From contig JAURFW010000001.1 of the NCBI GenBank assembly GCA_030834125.1, forward strand, positions 160,200-224,199: a stretch of 64,000 bases of DNA, written 5' to 3'. A program made the translations under genes and the position numbers. Shown piece after piece: positions 10,691-19,520 of this stretch. The stretch is from Bacteroidota bacterium. GTDB lineage: Bacteria; Bacteroidota; Bacteroidia; NS11-12g; UBA955. The notes below the pieces were generated by a model. That model did not search any database and was not told where the DNA came from. It was given only the letters and a program-made list of their open reading frames with translations. Numbering within the stretch: the first letter of the stretch is position 1; the number at the start of each line of letters is the position of its first letter.

Positions 10691-12337
10691 TCAGTTTGCA
10701 GATTTGTCAAGTGCTGAACGTCCGAGATACTCTTGTACACAACGGAATCCAATATAAGATTTAGACGAATCCTGAAATTCAAAAGTACGGGCACCGCACT
10801 CAATATAATATGCAACATCTTTCCAAGATCCTCCGCGAATAACTTTACGTTTACGAGATTTATGAATGTTGTAAAGAGAATCCTGCTGTTGTTGGGCAAT
10901 CTGAAGATCATTTGGATTAGCTGCGTCGTAGGCTTTCGCACTACCCGATTGGCCACCACCATATCCGTACTTATAATTACCGTTCATGTAAGCATGTTCT
11001 TTAATGTATACTTCGTAATTTCCATTTAATGAGTGTACAAATGTGTTATTCCCTTCACTCCACGTTGTACGAGTCCATTCAGCAACATTACCTGACATGT
11101 CATATAATCCAAAATCGTTGGGAAAATATGATTTTACTTTAATCGGATATACACCTCCATCAGCTCCAAAATCTCCGCGCAGTGGATAAAAGTTTGCTAA
11201 CATACATCCTTTGGTATTTCTTGCATAAGGTCCGCCCCATGGAAATCTATTTCCAATTCTACCACCTCGCGCAGCATACTCCCATTCATATTCGGTAGGT
11301 AGTCTAAAAAACTCTTCTGTTGGAAGGTCTTGTTGACGGAAATAACTATTTTTTCTATTAGTTCTCCAGTCGCAAAATGCTCTTGCCTGTGCCCAATTCA
11401 CACCAACTACAGGATAATCATCATATACAACGTGCGAAAAGTAATGGCGTGCCATGGGTTCGTTGTAAGAATAAGTAAAATCACGAATCCAACATAAAGT
11501 ATCTGGATATATCAATACATTTTCATGAACAATAAAATTCTCTCTGTTCATACCATTGTAACGATCACGATCCTCGAAGGCGGCTTTACGATAGTCAATC
11601 CACTCATATTCATAGACTAGGCGACGAGTATCAACTTGTTTTTGAAATTTGAATCGCTCTTTACCTGTATAGTAGAAGGAGTCTTCCCATAGTAGAGTTA
11701 CTAAAGGTGTTGCTGCATCTTTCATGTATAGCCTCAAGTCAACTGGTTCATCATGATTAATAACAAAATGATTGATTTCTGTTCCTTGATCATCATATGC
11801 TACCTCATTTGGGTCATAATCTTCATCTGAACGCTCTATAGTTCTAGTCGTCCATAATGGAACCTTTTGCTCAATATCATTTGAAAAGTTAGTAACGTTT
11901 TGCTCATCCGCTGCTTCTTCTTGTACAAAAATCTCACTCGGATCACCCGCATGATGTAATAAAACTTCTCTTTGCAAAGAATCAATGACATAATGAACAA
12001 ACTGACGATATTCATTATTAGTAATTTCGGATTCATCCATCCAAAAACCTGTAATGGTCATTTGTTTATTTGGTTGAAGATATGAATTGAACACATCTTG
12101 CGTACCTTGACCCGTATGGAATGTTCCAGATTTTACGTAAACCATTCCCGGAGGATTTTGATGGAACCATGGTGCACGGCCTAACACACCTGTTAGATCG
12201 CCCGTATCGCCAGGACAACCTGCCATAATAATCACCACTGACGCTATTGAAGAATAGAATAGTCCTCGTACAACACTGTTTCGCAGTGTCCTTTTGTGTG
12301 ATGATTTTCTAAACAAACCTAATACTCGGTTTCTCAT
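10691..12337 (-). CDS. gldK: gliding motility / T9SS lipoprotein GldK (PorK; formylglycine-generating-enzyme/sulfatase-modifying-factor fold)
   Basis: The translation shows the FGE-like 'GMVYVKSGTFHTGQ', 'RGGSWKD' and 'FRCV' motifs, and a lipobox 'IIMAGC'. I moved the start from 12400 to the Met of 'MRNRVLGLF...' to remove an N-terminal ORF overcall. Confidence 0.8.
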   Translation of the reverse strand: MRNRVLGLFRKSSHKRTLRNSVVRGLFYSSIASVVIIMAGCPGDTGDLTGVLGRAPWFHQNPPGMVYVKSGTFHTGQGTQDVFNSYLQPNKQMTITGFWMDESEITNNEYRQFVHYVIDSLQREVLLHHAGDPSEIFVQEEAADEQNVTNFSNDIEQKVPLWTTRTIERSDEDYDPNEVAYDDQGTEINHFVINHDEPVDLRLYMKDAATPLVTLLWEDSFYYTGKERFKFQKQVDTRRLVYEYEWIDYRKAAFEDRDRYNGMNRENFIVHENVLIYPDTLCWIRDFTYSYNEPMARHYFSHVVYDDYPVVGVNWAQARAFCDWRTNRKNSYFRQQDLPTEEFFRLPTEYEWEYAARGGRIGNRFPWGGPYARNTKGCMLANFYPLRGDFGADGGVYPIKVKSYFPNDFGLYDMSGNVAEWTRTTWSEGNNTFVHSLNGNYEVYIKEHAYMNGNYKYGYGGGQSGSAKAYDAANPNDLQIAQQQQDSLYNIHKSRKRKVIRGGSWKDVAYYIECGARTFEFQDSSKSYIGFRCVQEYLGRSALDKSAN

Positions 12338-12470
12338 TTTCCTTTTATTTACTTTACAGTATATTTTTTGTGAAGTTGCAAAAATATACAATCTATTCAA
12401 TTAGACAAGTATTTTTCGCTTTCACATTCATTAACGAATTTTTAAAATGTTTATTGTATGTGGATAAAAT

Positions 12471-13589
12471 TTATTCCGATGAAACATCTCTCATCATCCA
12501 CCTAGGGTGTCTGTAAATCCTTGGTGGTCTTGAAGGTAACTCAAAATTGAAACAATAATTAACTTGTAACTCATGCGTTCCATAAACACTTGCTACACGC
12601 ACATAGGATACGGGAATATCGTAAGCATATCCAACACGAAGAGTTTGAACATTTCCTGCTCCTCCGCCTAATGGCACATAATAACCAAGTAAAATACTCA
12701 CAGCATCGAGCCCCATGCCATATGCTCTAACGTTCAATCCTGCAGCATACAATTCATTATAAGTCACTAAACCTTGTAAATCCAATTCAGGCTTAACGAA
12801 TCCACCTTGATCTCCCATAGCTGATTTTACTAGAAATGATGGATCTAATCGTAGAGATGGATTACCCATAAACTGATCCACAGTAACGCCACTTACAACA
12901 TATAAATGTTGTCGAGTAGAAATTTTAACTGTACCTCCCGAACCATACGCAAATGTTTGGGGCATAAGATGTGTCATACTTACTCCACCCCAAAGACCAT
13001 TTAATATATTGGGATTAGTGTAATAAACTCCCCCACCCATTGTAAGTTTTGTATCCCCTGTTATACCTGTTGGTATATTTGGATCGCCTGGATCATGAGC
13101 TCTTAACTTATCACCATTTAAATTTTTGGTTAATGAAGTAAATTCTATACCCGCTCTAATTTCAGAACCATCTGGTAATGCATAAGCCCCTGCTAATCCC
13201 CCTCTAAAAAAGGTATTTTCTTCGTAGGCAATATTATCCTTTATAAACGAAGCAAATACACCACCTACATTGATTTTTTCTTCCTTAATTTTTATTTTTA
13301 TTGGTGCCGAAAATGCTGCACCTGTTGTTCTAGGTGCAATATTTTGTGCAAAATCTTCAGAAATTGGAGTTCCTCCTTGAGTCTTCAAAATTGAAGACTG
13401 GTCTTCATATCCTAACCATTGTTGGTGATTTACAATATTCAAACAAAAATTACCTGACGAGCCCGCATAAGCTGGATTGTATAATAATTTATTGAATGCA
13501 TAGTGAGTGTAAGAAGGATCTTGCTGCGCTCCTACCGTTCCGATAATTCCTACTCCAATCAATAGAGAACCGAGTAATTTTGTTTTCAT
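12471..13589 (-). CDS. porP: PorP/SprF-family T9SS outer-membrane protein
   Basis: The gene is immediately upstream of gldK, as porP-porK-L-M-N in Porphyromonas. It has a signal peptide 'MKTKLLGSLLIGVGIIGTVGAQQ' and a beta-barrel-like sequence ending in an aromatic-rich strand. The ORF-track start (13610) is TTG, so I used the downstream ATG. Confidence 0.7.
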   Translation of the reverse strand: MKTKLLGSLLIGVGIIGTVGAQQDPSYTHYAFNKLLYNPAYAGSSGNFCLNIVNHQQWLGYEDQSSILKTQGGTPISEDFAQNIAPRTTGAAFSAPIKIKIKEEKINVGGVFASFIKDNIAYEENTFFRGGLAGAYALPDGSEIRAGIEFTSLTKNLNGDKLRAHDPGDPNIPTGITGDTKLTMGGGVYYTNPNILNGLWGGVSMTHLMPQTFAYGSGGTVKISTRQHLYVVSGVTVDQFMGNPSLRLDPSFLVKSAMGDQGGFVKPELDLQGLVTYNELYAAGLNVRAYGMGLDAVSILLGYYVPLGGGAGNVQTLRVGYAYDIPVSYVRVASVYGTHELQVNYCFNFELPSRPPRIYRHPRWMMRDVSSE

Positions 13590-13901
13590 GTACGATTCAA
13601 TTGAATTCAATCAATAACAAATATGCTCCAAATGATAGAGATATACAAATATTTTTTATGTGGCAATTTTCAACATATTTTTCTCATTACATATTTAGCA
13701 CAAATGAAAATGAGTAAGTTGTTTGTGATATTGTAATTATTCTACACACATGGTTTATTTTAAATAATATACATAACTAATTGAAATTCAATTACAAAAA
13801 AGTGATAAATAATTTGTCAATAAAGAGTGGAAAATTGTATTGTATATTGATTACTGTCTAAAAAATAATTCACCATATTTGTAGACAATAAAAAATAAAA
13901 C

Positions 13902-15257
13902 ATGCCAAACATACTAGTTGTAGACGATGAAGCTCCAATAAGAGAAACACTCAAGGAAATATTAGAATATGAACAATTTGATGTAACGCTTGCTGAGAAT
14001 GGTGAAAAAGCGTGGCAGTTAGTTCAAAAAAATGATTTTGATGTCATTTTGTGTGATGTCAAAATGCCTGGAATAGATGGGGTTGAATTACTTGAACGCA
14101 TACAAGCGCTCAAGCCAGAAACTCCAGTAGTTATGATTTCGGGTCATGGAAATGTTGAATTAGCCATTGAAAGCACTAAAAAGGGCGCCTTTGATTTTAT
14201 AACGAAACCGCCAGATTTAAATCGATTACTCATCACACTAAGAAATGCAATTGAGAAGAATGATCTAGTAGTTGAAACAAAGGTTTTAAAAAGACGTGTT
14301 GCAAAAACTTATGATATCATTGGTGAAACACCAGCAATTACGAAAATTAAAGATACTATTGAAAAGGTTGCACCTACCGAGGCAAGAGTATTAATCACTG
14401 GAGAAAACGGAACTGGAAAAGAGCTTGTAGCCCGGTGGATTCATGAAAGGAGTACTAGAGCCAACAATCAACTAATAGAAGTTAATTGTGCTTCAATACC
14501 AACAGAATTAATAGAAAGCGAATTATTTGGTCATGAGAAAGGAAGTTTCACTTCAGCGATCAAGCAAAGGATTGGTAAATTTGAACAAGCCCATGGTGGA
14601 ACTTTATTTTTAGATGAAATTGGGGATATGAGCATGGCAGCTCAGGCTAAGGTATTAAGAGCCATACAAGAAGGCAAGATTACCAGAGTTGGAGGTGACA
14701 AAGAAATTAAGGTAGATGTGCGTATTGTTGCCGCAACAAATAAAGATTTACTAACTGAAATTGAAAATGGAAATTTCAGGATGGATTTATACCACAGATT
14801 ATCGGTTATCCTTATACACGTGCCAACTTTAAACGAACGTGTTGATGATATCCCTTTAATTGCGGACAAATTTTTAAAGGAAATTTGTTCCGAAAACAAT
14901 ATGGCTGATAAAAGTTTTACTGAAGATGGTTATCAAGCTCTTAAAGAAGTAAACTGGACCGGAAACATTCGGGAGTTAAGGAATGTTGTGGAGCGTTTAG
15001 TGATATTATGTAATAAAAATATATCTGGTGATGATGTATACATGTTCAGTAATCCTGCACAACGTGGTTCAGATCCATTTGGAGTGGTTGATGAATATCA
15101 GACCTTGCAAGACTTTAGAGATTGGGCTGAAAAGGTGTTTATTGAGCGAAAACTCATTCAGAATGGGTGGAACGTTGCAAAAACAGCTTCGGAAATTGAT
15201 ATTCAGCGAAGTCATCTTTACAATAAGATCGATAAGTATCAATTAAAAAGAAGATAA
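13902..15257 (+). CDS. sigma-54-dependent response regulator (NtrC family: receiver + AAA+ + Fis-type HTH)
   Basis: The receiver domain shows 'ILVVDDE' and the 'DVKMPG' Asp pocket. The AAA+ domain shows 'GENGTGKE' and the GAFTGA-like '[10 protein letters not shown]'. A C-terminal HTH is present. Confidence 0.85.
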   Translation: MPNILVVDDEAPIRETLKEILEYEQFDVTLAENGEKAWQLVQKNDFDVILCDVKMPGIDGVELLERIQALKPETPVVMISGHGNVELAIESTKKGAFDFITKPPDLNRLLITLRNAIEKNDLVVETKVLKRRVAKTYDIIGETPAITKIKDTIEKVAPTEARVLITGENGTGKELVARWIHERSTRANNQLIEVNCASIPTELIESELFGHEKGSFTSAIKQRIGKFEQAHGGTLFLDEIGDMSMAAQAKVLRAIQEGKITRVGGDKEIKVDVRIVAATNKDLLTEIENGNFRMDLYHRLSVILIHVPTLNERVDDIPLIADKFLKEICSENNMADKSFTEDGYQALKEVNWTGNIRELRNVVERLVILCNKNISGDDVYMFSNPAQRGSDPFGVVDEYQTLQDFRDWAEKVFIERKLIQNGWNVAKTASEIDIQRSHLYNKIDKYQLKRR

Positions 15258-15258
15258 T

Positions 15259-16230
15259 TTGAGTAATCAAACTCGAATTGGAGATTCCATTTTGGAAGCA
15301 TCGCATTTGCTCAAAAATGGAGAATTAGTTGCTATTCCTACCGAAACAGTTTATGGATTGGCGGCTAATGGATTAAATTCTGAAGCTTGTACTGAAATTT
15401 TTAAAGTAAAAAATCGACCTTTTTTTGATCCATTAATTCTGCATATAGGCAATAAGGATGATTTGAATGCTTTAGTTAATGAAATACCAGAGCATTATAT
15501 TCCTCTAATTAATAAATTTTGGCCTGGTCCACTTACTCTTGTTTTTAATAAATCGGAAATTGTGCCAGATATTGTATGTTCTGGTGGAAATACGGTTGCC
15601 ATTAGAATGCCATCACATCCGTTAACCTTAAAACTTCTAAAAAGTATTGATTTCCCCTTAGCCGCTCCAAGTGCCAACCCATTCAAATATGTTAGTCCCA
15701 CCAACCCAGTTCATGTAAAGGATCAATTGAACGGCAAGATCTCATATATACTGGATGGCGGAGATTGTGAAGTTGGGTTGGAATCAACAATAGTTAAGTC
15801 AGATGATGGGATATTGACTATTCTCAGGGTTGGGGGTATTTCTGTGGAATCATTAATGGAATTCAATCCAAATATTAGACTTTCAATTAAACCCCAAGAT
15901 AACCCCATTGCACCAGGGCAATTGGAACACCACTATTCACCGCATTGTAAGCTTGAAATAATTAATAATACTGCTGAATTATTTGATTCATATGACGCAA
16001 TTATATCAGTAATCCCATTGAAACTGCCTATTGATATGAATTTGCGCCATAAGATAATATTACTAAGTAAATCTGGAGACTTATCAGAAGCTGCTCAAAA
16101 CCTTTTCAAAGAATTGAGAAATATTGATATACATGGATATTCAAACGTGGGGATATTACTTGGTCCAGAAGAAGGACTTGGTCGAGCAATTAACGACAGA
16201 CTGACGCGAGCTGCTAGCTCTAAAGTTTAG
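15259..16230 (+). CDS. tsaC: L-threonylcarbamoyladenylate synthase, Sua5/YrdC type
   Basis: 'VAIPTETVYGLAANG' is the YrdC signature. At 323 aa it carries the Sua5 C-terminal extension. The start is TTG, 2 nt after the regulator's stop. Confidence 0.8.
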   Translation: MSNQTRIGDSILEASHLLKNGELVAIPTETVYGLAANGLNSEACTEIFKVKNRPFFDPLILHIGNKDDLNALVNEIPEHYIPLINKFWPGPLTLVFNKSEIVPDIVCSGGNTVAIRMPSHPLTLKLLKSIDFPLAAPSANPFKYVSPTNPVHVKDQLNGKISYILDGGDCEVGLESTIVKSDDGILTILRVGGISVESLMEFNPNIRLSIKPQDNPIAPGQLEHHYSPHCKLEIINNTAELFDSYDAIISVIPLKLPIDMNLRHKIILLSKSGDLSEAAQNLFKELRNIDIHGYSNVGILLGPEEGLGRAINDRLTRAASSKV

Positions 16231-17075
16231 TCTTGAGGGGGAATTATTTTATTTTCAGCTAGACTATCACTACCCATGGACTCAGTAATAAATTCATAAG
16301 TATTTTCTAATACTTTCCAGAATGCTTCAGAAGCATCAGCAAGACTATTCATTGGATGAGCACAACCAAAAGTATGTCCAGAATCTTCAATTGGAATAAA
16401 TATTGAGTGAAGACATGATTCATAGATTTTTTTTGAAGATTCTATATTTACTGACTCATCTCCTGTTCCATGAAGAATTAAAAGTGGTTGTGTTATGGAC
16501 CGAGCAGATTGAATTATTTGATAACGATCTTTGTGATCTTCATATTCCTTCCATAGCTCAAAAGACAAAGGCATTTGCTGCTTTGTTCTTTTATTTTCTA
16601 TGTAATAAATACCTTCTTTTTCCCACTTTTCTTTATCCACATAATTGAAAAGATGCTCATATGAATCAATCGATGACCAAGTAACAATTTTTGTTACAAA
16701 ATCTGGAAATAGGGAGCCAAACAGAATAACATTTCCCCCTCCTCTACTATGACCAATCCATGTAATGTTTTTTGGATTTAACGGATAGTTTTTAGAAGCA
16801 GTATCTTTAATCCAAAGTGCTAAAGACTCCAAATCTCTCAGCTCATTTCCTACTGTATTAACAGCAAATGATTCAAGATCATCAAAATCTGTTTCCTTAA
16901 CTCCATTTAATGAGTGGTTGAAAGTAATTAATGCGTTGTTTTCGTCTACAAGAAATTCGTTGAGATAAGGAATAAATCCCCAATCTTTAAAACCTTTAAA
17001 ACCATGACAAAACACGGTAATATTTAGTCCTTTATCACCTATGATATCTTCAGGCAAAAACAAATCGACGGCCAT
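16227..17075 (-). CDS. alpha/beta-fold hydrolase (esterase/lipase-like)
   Basis: The nucleophile elbow 'GHSRGG' and an acid/His-containing C-terminus are present. The ORF-track N-terminus (to 17168) runs into the tRNA-Leu gene, so I took the start at the Met of 'MAVDLFLPED'. Confidence 0.55.
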   Translation of the reverse strand: MAVDLFLPEDIIGDKGLNITVFCHGFKGFKDWGFIPYLNEFLVDENNALITFNHSLNGVKETDFDDLESFAVNTVGNELRDLESLALWIKDTASKNYPLNPKNITWIGHSRGGGNVILFGSLFPDFVTKIVTWSSIDSYEHLFNYVDKEKWEKEGIYYIENKRTKQQMPLSFELWKEYEDHKDRYQIIQSARSITQPLLILHGTGDESVNIESSKKIYESCLHSIFIPIEDSGHTFGCAHPMNSLADASEAFWKVLENTYEFITESMGSDSLAENKIIPPQD

Positions 17076-17124
17076 GTTTCGACCGTCGATAGTTTGGATT
17101 TCCAATGTTTGTTTGGAGTTCAAG

Positions 17125-17211
17125 TGGTGCCCAGGACCGGAGTCGAACCGGTACGGGTTTAACCCCACTGGTGTTTGAGACCAGCGCGTCTACCAATTCC
17201 GCCACCTGGGC
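17125..17211 (-). tRNA. tRNA-Leu (anticodon CAA), class II with long variable arm
   Basis: The reverse complement reads GCCCAGGTGGCGGAATTGGTAGACGCGCTGGTCTCAAACACCAGTGGGGTTAAACCCGTACCGGTTCGACTCCGGTCCTGGGCACCA. It has a 7-bp acceptor stem, the anticodon loop CT-CAA-AC, a T-loop GTTCGAC and an encoded CCA. Confidence 0.85.
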
Positions 17212-17228
17212 CTCTTGTTAGAGGACTG

Positions 17229-17258
17229 CAAAAATAAGCAAATCCGTAAATTTCACAA
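17229..17258 (-). promoter_or_regulatory. candidate Bacteroidota-type sigma-A promoter for tRNA-Leu (-33 TTG / -7 TATTTTTG)
   Basis: On the minus strand a TTG lies 19 nt upstream of TATTTTTG, which ends about 17 nt before the tRNA 5' end. Confidence 0.4.
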
Positions 17259-17276
17259 GTAATCACAAAATATTTT

Positions 17277-17774
17277 TCAATGCCTTCTTTTCCATTCAAT
17301 TACATTCAAATTTTCAATCTTCCCTTCGTTTATTTCGAATTTGAGGGCAGTCCTCACATTATGAAAACCGTGTAAACCGACCGCGCCTGGATTCAAATGA
17401 AGCCAGGAACAAATTTTATCATATTGTACGGTGAGCATATGGCTATGACCACAAACAAAAATATTTGCTCCAAATTCTAATGCTTCCTTTTTTACTTCAG
17501 CTTTATATCTTCCGGGTTTACCTGCAATATGTGTCATAAAAATTTTCATACCTTGGCGTGTAAACTTTTGTACTATTGGGCAATTTTGTTTCACCTCAAG
17601 TCCATCAATGTTACCATAAACTCCAATGACTGAAACACAAACTGAATTTAATTCATCCCAAAGATCATTGTTTAACCAATCCCCGGCATGCCATACCTCA
17701 TCGACCTGTTTAGCGTGATTTATAATATTTTCATCACTATATCCATGATTATCACTGATTAATAGAATTTTCAT
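17277..17774 (-). CDS. metallophosphoesterase, YfcE/MJ0936 family
   Basis: Metal-binding motifs 'LLISDNHG', 'GDW...' and 'GHSH' are present in a 165-aa product. Confidence 0.8.
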   Translation of the reverse strand: MKILLISDNHGYSDENIINHAKQVDEVWHAGDWLNNDLWDELNSVCVSVIGVYGNIDGLEVKQNCPIVQKFTRQGMKIFMTHIAGKPGRYKAEVKKEALEFGANIFVCGHSHMLTVQYDKICSWLHLNPGAVGLHGFHNVRTALKFEINEGKIENLNVIEWKRRH

Positions 17775-19000
17775 TTACTATTTGCTAAAAGTGAATTTCT
17801 GAGACCAAGAACAGAAATTGATATTATCGGTATTATTATGGGAATTAGATACCTAGCCGAACCCACAGGTCCGATGAAAAACAAATAAGTAATTATTAGA
17901 AAACATAACCACAATACTTTTAAATTTTGCCGGTTCCTCCAAATACCCAAACTAAATACAATACCTCTAATTATATTAATCGCTAGAAATGCAGCTATAT
18001 AAATCCATTGAAACCAGGGCAAATTTGACTGTTGATGTCCATCGTTCACATCCAAAAATCCTCTTGATCTTTTCCATCCCCAATAAACCATTGCATCAAA
18101 TCTGCCGGGATCAATAATCGTAGCAAACATTCCTTTGAAGTGAATAAATAAATATGTTAAAGGATATTCAAGAATAGTATTCACCGACTGTTGTCGTAAA
18201 AATTTCTTTAATTGAATTTCATTAAGTTTCTTTCTTTGGATTAAATCCTTTTCGGCTTTATAAATCGAATCTGTGGTTTCAGTTCCCAATTCAAATCTTA
18301 ATACTAATTTTCTGTTATAATCATAAAGGTTTGTAGTGGATACTGAAGATATTTCAAAACGATTTGTACGGCTGAAATTCCAAAACATTAAAAAAGTAAT
18401 AGTAAAAACAACAATAAACTGCGATAGAATCCATTTTTTTATATCTGTAATTGCAAAAAATGGAAATAAAAGTACTGTAAAAATAAATATAGGCTTTAGG
18501 CCAATTAATACTGCTGATATTACAGATGCAATAAAGAATTTCTTATCTAAGGTTTTGATTATCCATAATCCCAATAAAATACCGGTAAATATATCAGGAA
18601 TTGTTATGAACGAGTAGTAATATCCTAAAGGAAATAAAGAAGTTAACACAATTACCCAATGTTCTATTGATACATCATGTAATGATAATTTTTTTAATAT
18701 TTGATTAGATATTAAAGGATAGGCTAACCAACTAAAAAGTTGGAGAAGTCTAATGATGTAGAAATTATTATTGAATGAAATGAGTATTGGATAAATAGGT
18801 GTTCTTCGAGAGTCCTCCATCCATCTGTCCGATAATTTAAATACAGACATTCCATCAGTTAGCGACTTTGAATATAATTTATATTCTGAAACATCAAGTA
18901 TTTCAGGCATTTCATTAAATCCTAAAATCCAAATTATTACAGCAATTATTACATAAATAAAATAAGCTATTCTACTTTTTCTATTTAGTATAGCAACCAT
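17771..19000 (-). CDS. polytopic integral membrane protein, possibly a GT-C-fold glycosyltransferase
   Basis: Hydropathy by eye suggests about 10 TM segments. I found no soluble-domain motif. Confidence 0.35.
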   Translation of the reverse strand: MVAILNRKSRIAYFIYVIIAVIIWILGFNEMPEILDVSEYKLYSKSLTDGMSVFKLSDRWMEDSRRTPIYPILISFNNNFYIIRLLQLFSWLAYPLISNQILKKLSLHDVSIEHWVIVLTSLFPLGYYYSFITIPDIFTGILLGLWIIKTLDKKFFIASVISAVLIGLKPIFIFTVLLFPFFAITDIKKWILSQFIVVFTITFLMFWNFSRTNRFEISSVSTTNLYDYNRKLVLRFELGTETTDSIYKAEKDLIQRKKLNEIQLKKFLRQQSVNTILEYPLTYLFIHFKGMFATIIDPGRFDAMVYWGWKRSRGFLDVNDGHQQSNLPWFQWIYIAAFLAINIIRGIVFSLGIWRNRQNLKVLWLCFLIITYLFFIGPVGSARYLIPIIIPIISISVLGLRNSLLANSK

Positions 19001-19503
19001 TGAACAACAATTGAAAAAATCACGTTAAACAAGAATACTGCAAATTTTAGGTAGAATTCTTCTATCTTCCATGCGAGTATACTAAAAACTAGTAATAATA
19101 GAGGAAATAAGAAGGTCGAAATGCTTCGTGGATAGTCTAAATATTCGAATTTTATTTTTTCTGTTTGAGAGAGGTTTTTAAAGGTGATAACGGTTCTGAC
19201 CTTTTGATATATTGGAGATTTGAAAACAACAAGAGTATCACCAGTATTCAACTCAAAAAATTGCTTTTCACTTATTTCAACTATATAGGGAAAACCTTGA
19301 TTTTCTTCAGTTATTACTAAAGTTGTGTAATCTACGTTGTTATTAATTCTAAAACTTTCTCGCAAGGGGACTTCTATCCGATTATCCACTATTACACCTA
19401 ATTTGATATTTGGGTGTAAAGCTTCGTCTAGAATATGCAATAAAGCAACAAATGCAATTATTGCTGAAATTAGATTTACGAAACGGGTGAGTTTAAATTC
19501 CAT
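18985..19503 (-). CDS. hypothetical membrane protein (N- and C-terminal TM helices)
   Basis: The 172-aa product has hydrophobic termini ('AIIAFVALLHIL', 'FLFPLLLLVFSILAW'). It overlaps the upstream membrane-protein gene by 16 nt. Confidence 0.35.
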   Translation of the reverse strand: MEFKLTRFVNLISAIIAFVALLHILDEALHPNIKLGVIVDNRIEVPLRESFRINNNVDYTTLVITEENQGFPYIVEISEKQFFELNTGDTLVVFKSPIYQKVRTVITFKNLSQTEKIKFEYLDYPRSISTFLFPLLLLVFSILAWKIEEFYLKFAVFLFNVIFSIVVQWLLY

Positions 19504-19520
19504 ACCCGGTTAAAAATGTA

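Noticed and set aside
13640-13670. Possible sigma-54 (-24/-12) promoter near 'tggcaattttcaac' in the porP/regulator intergenic region
   Set aside because: Spacing and the -12 GC do not fit TGGCAC-N5-TTGCW. I found no credible -24/-12 element on either strand.
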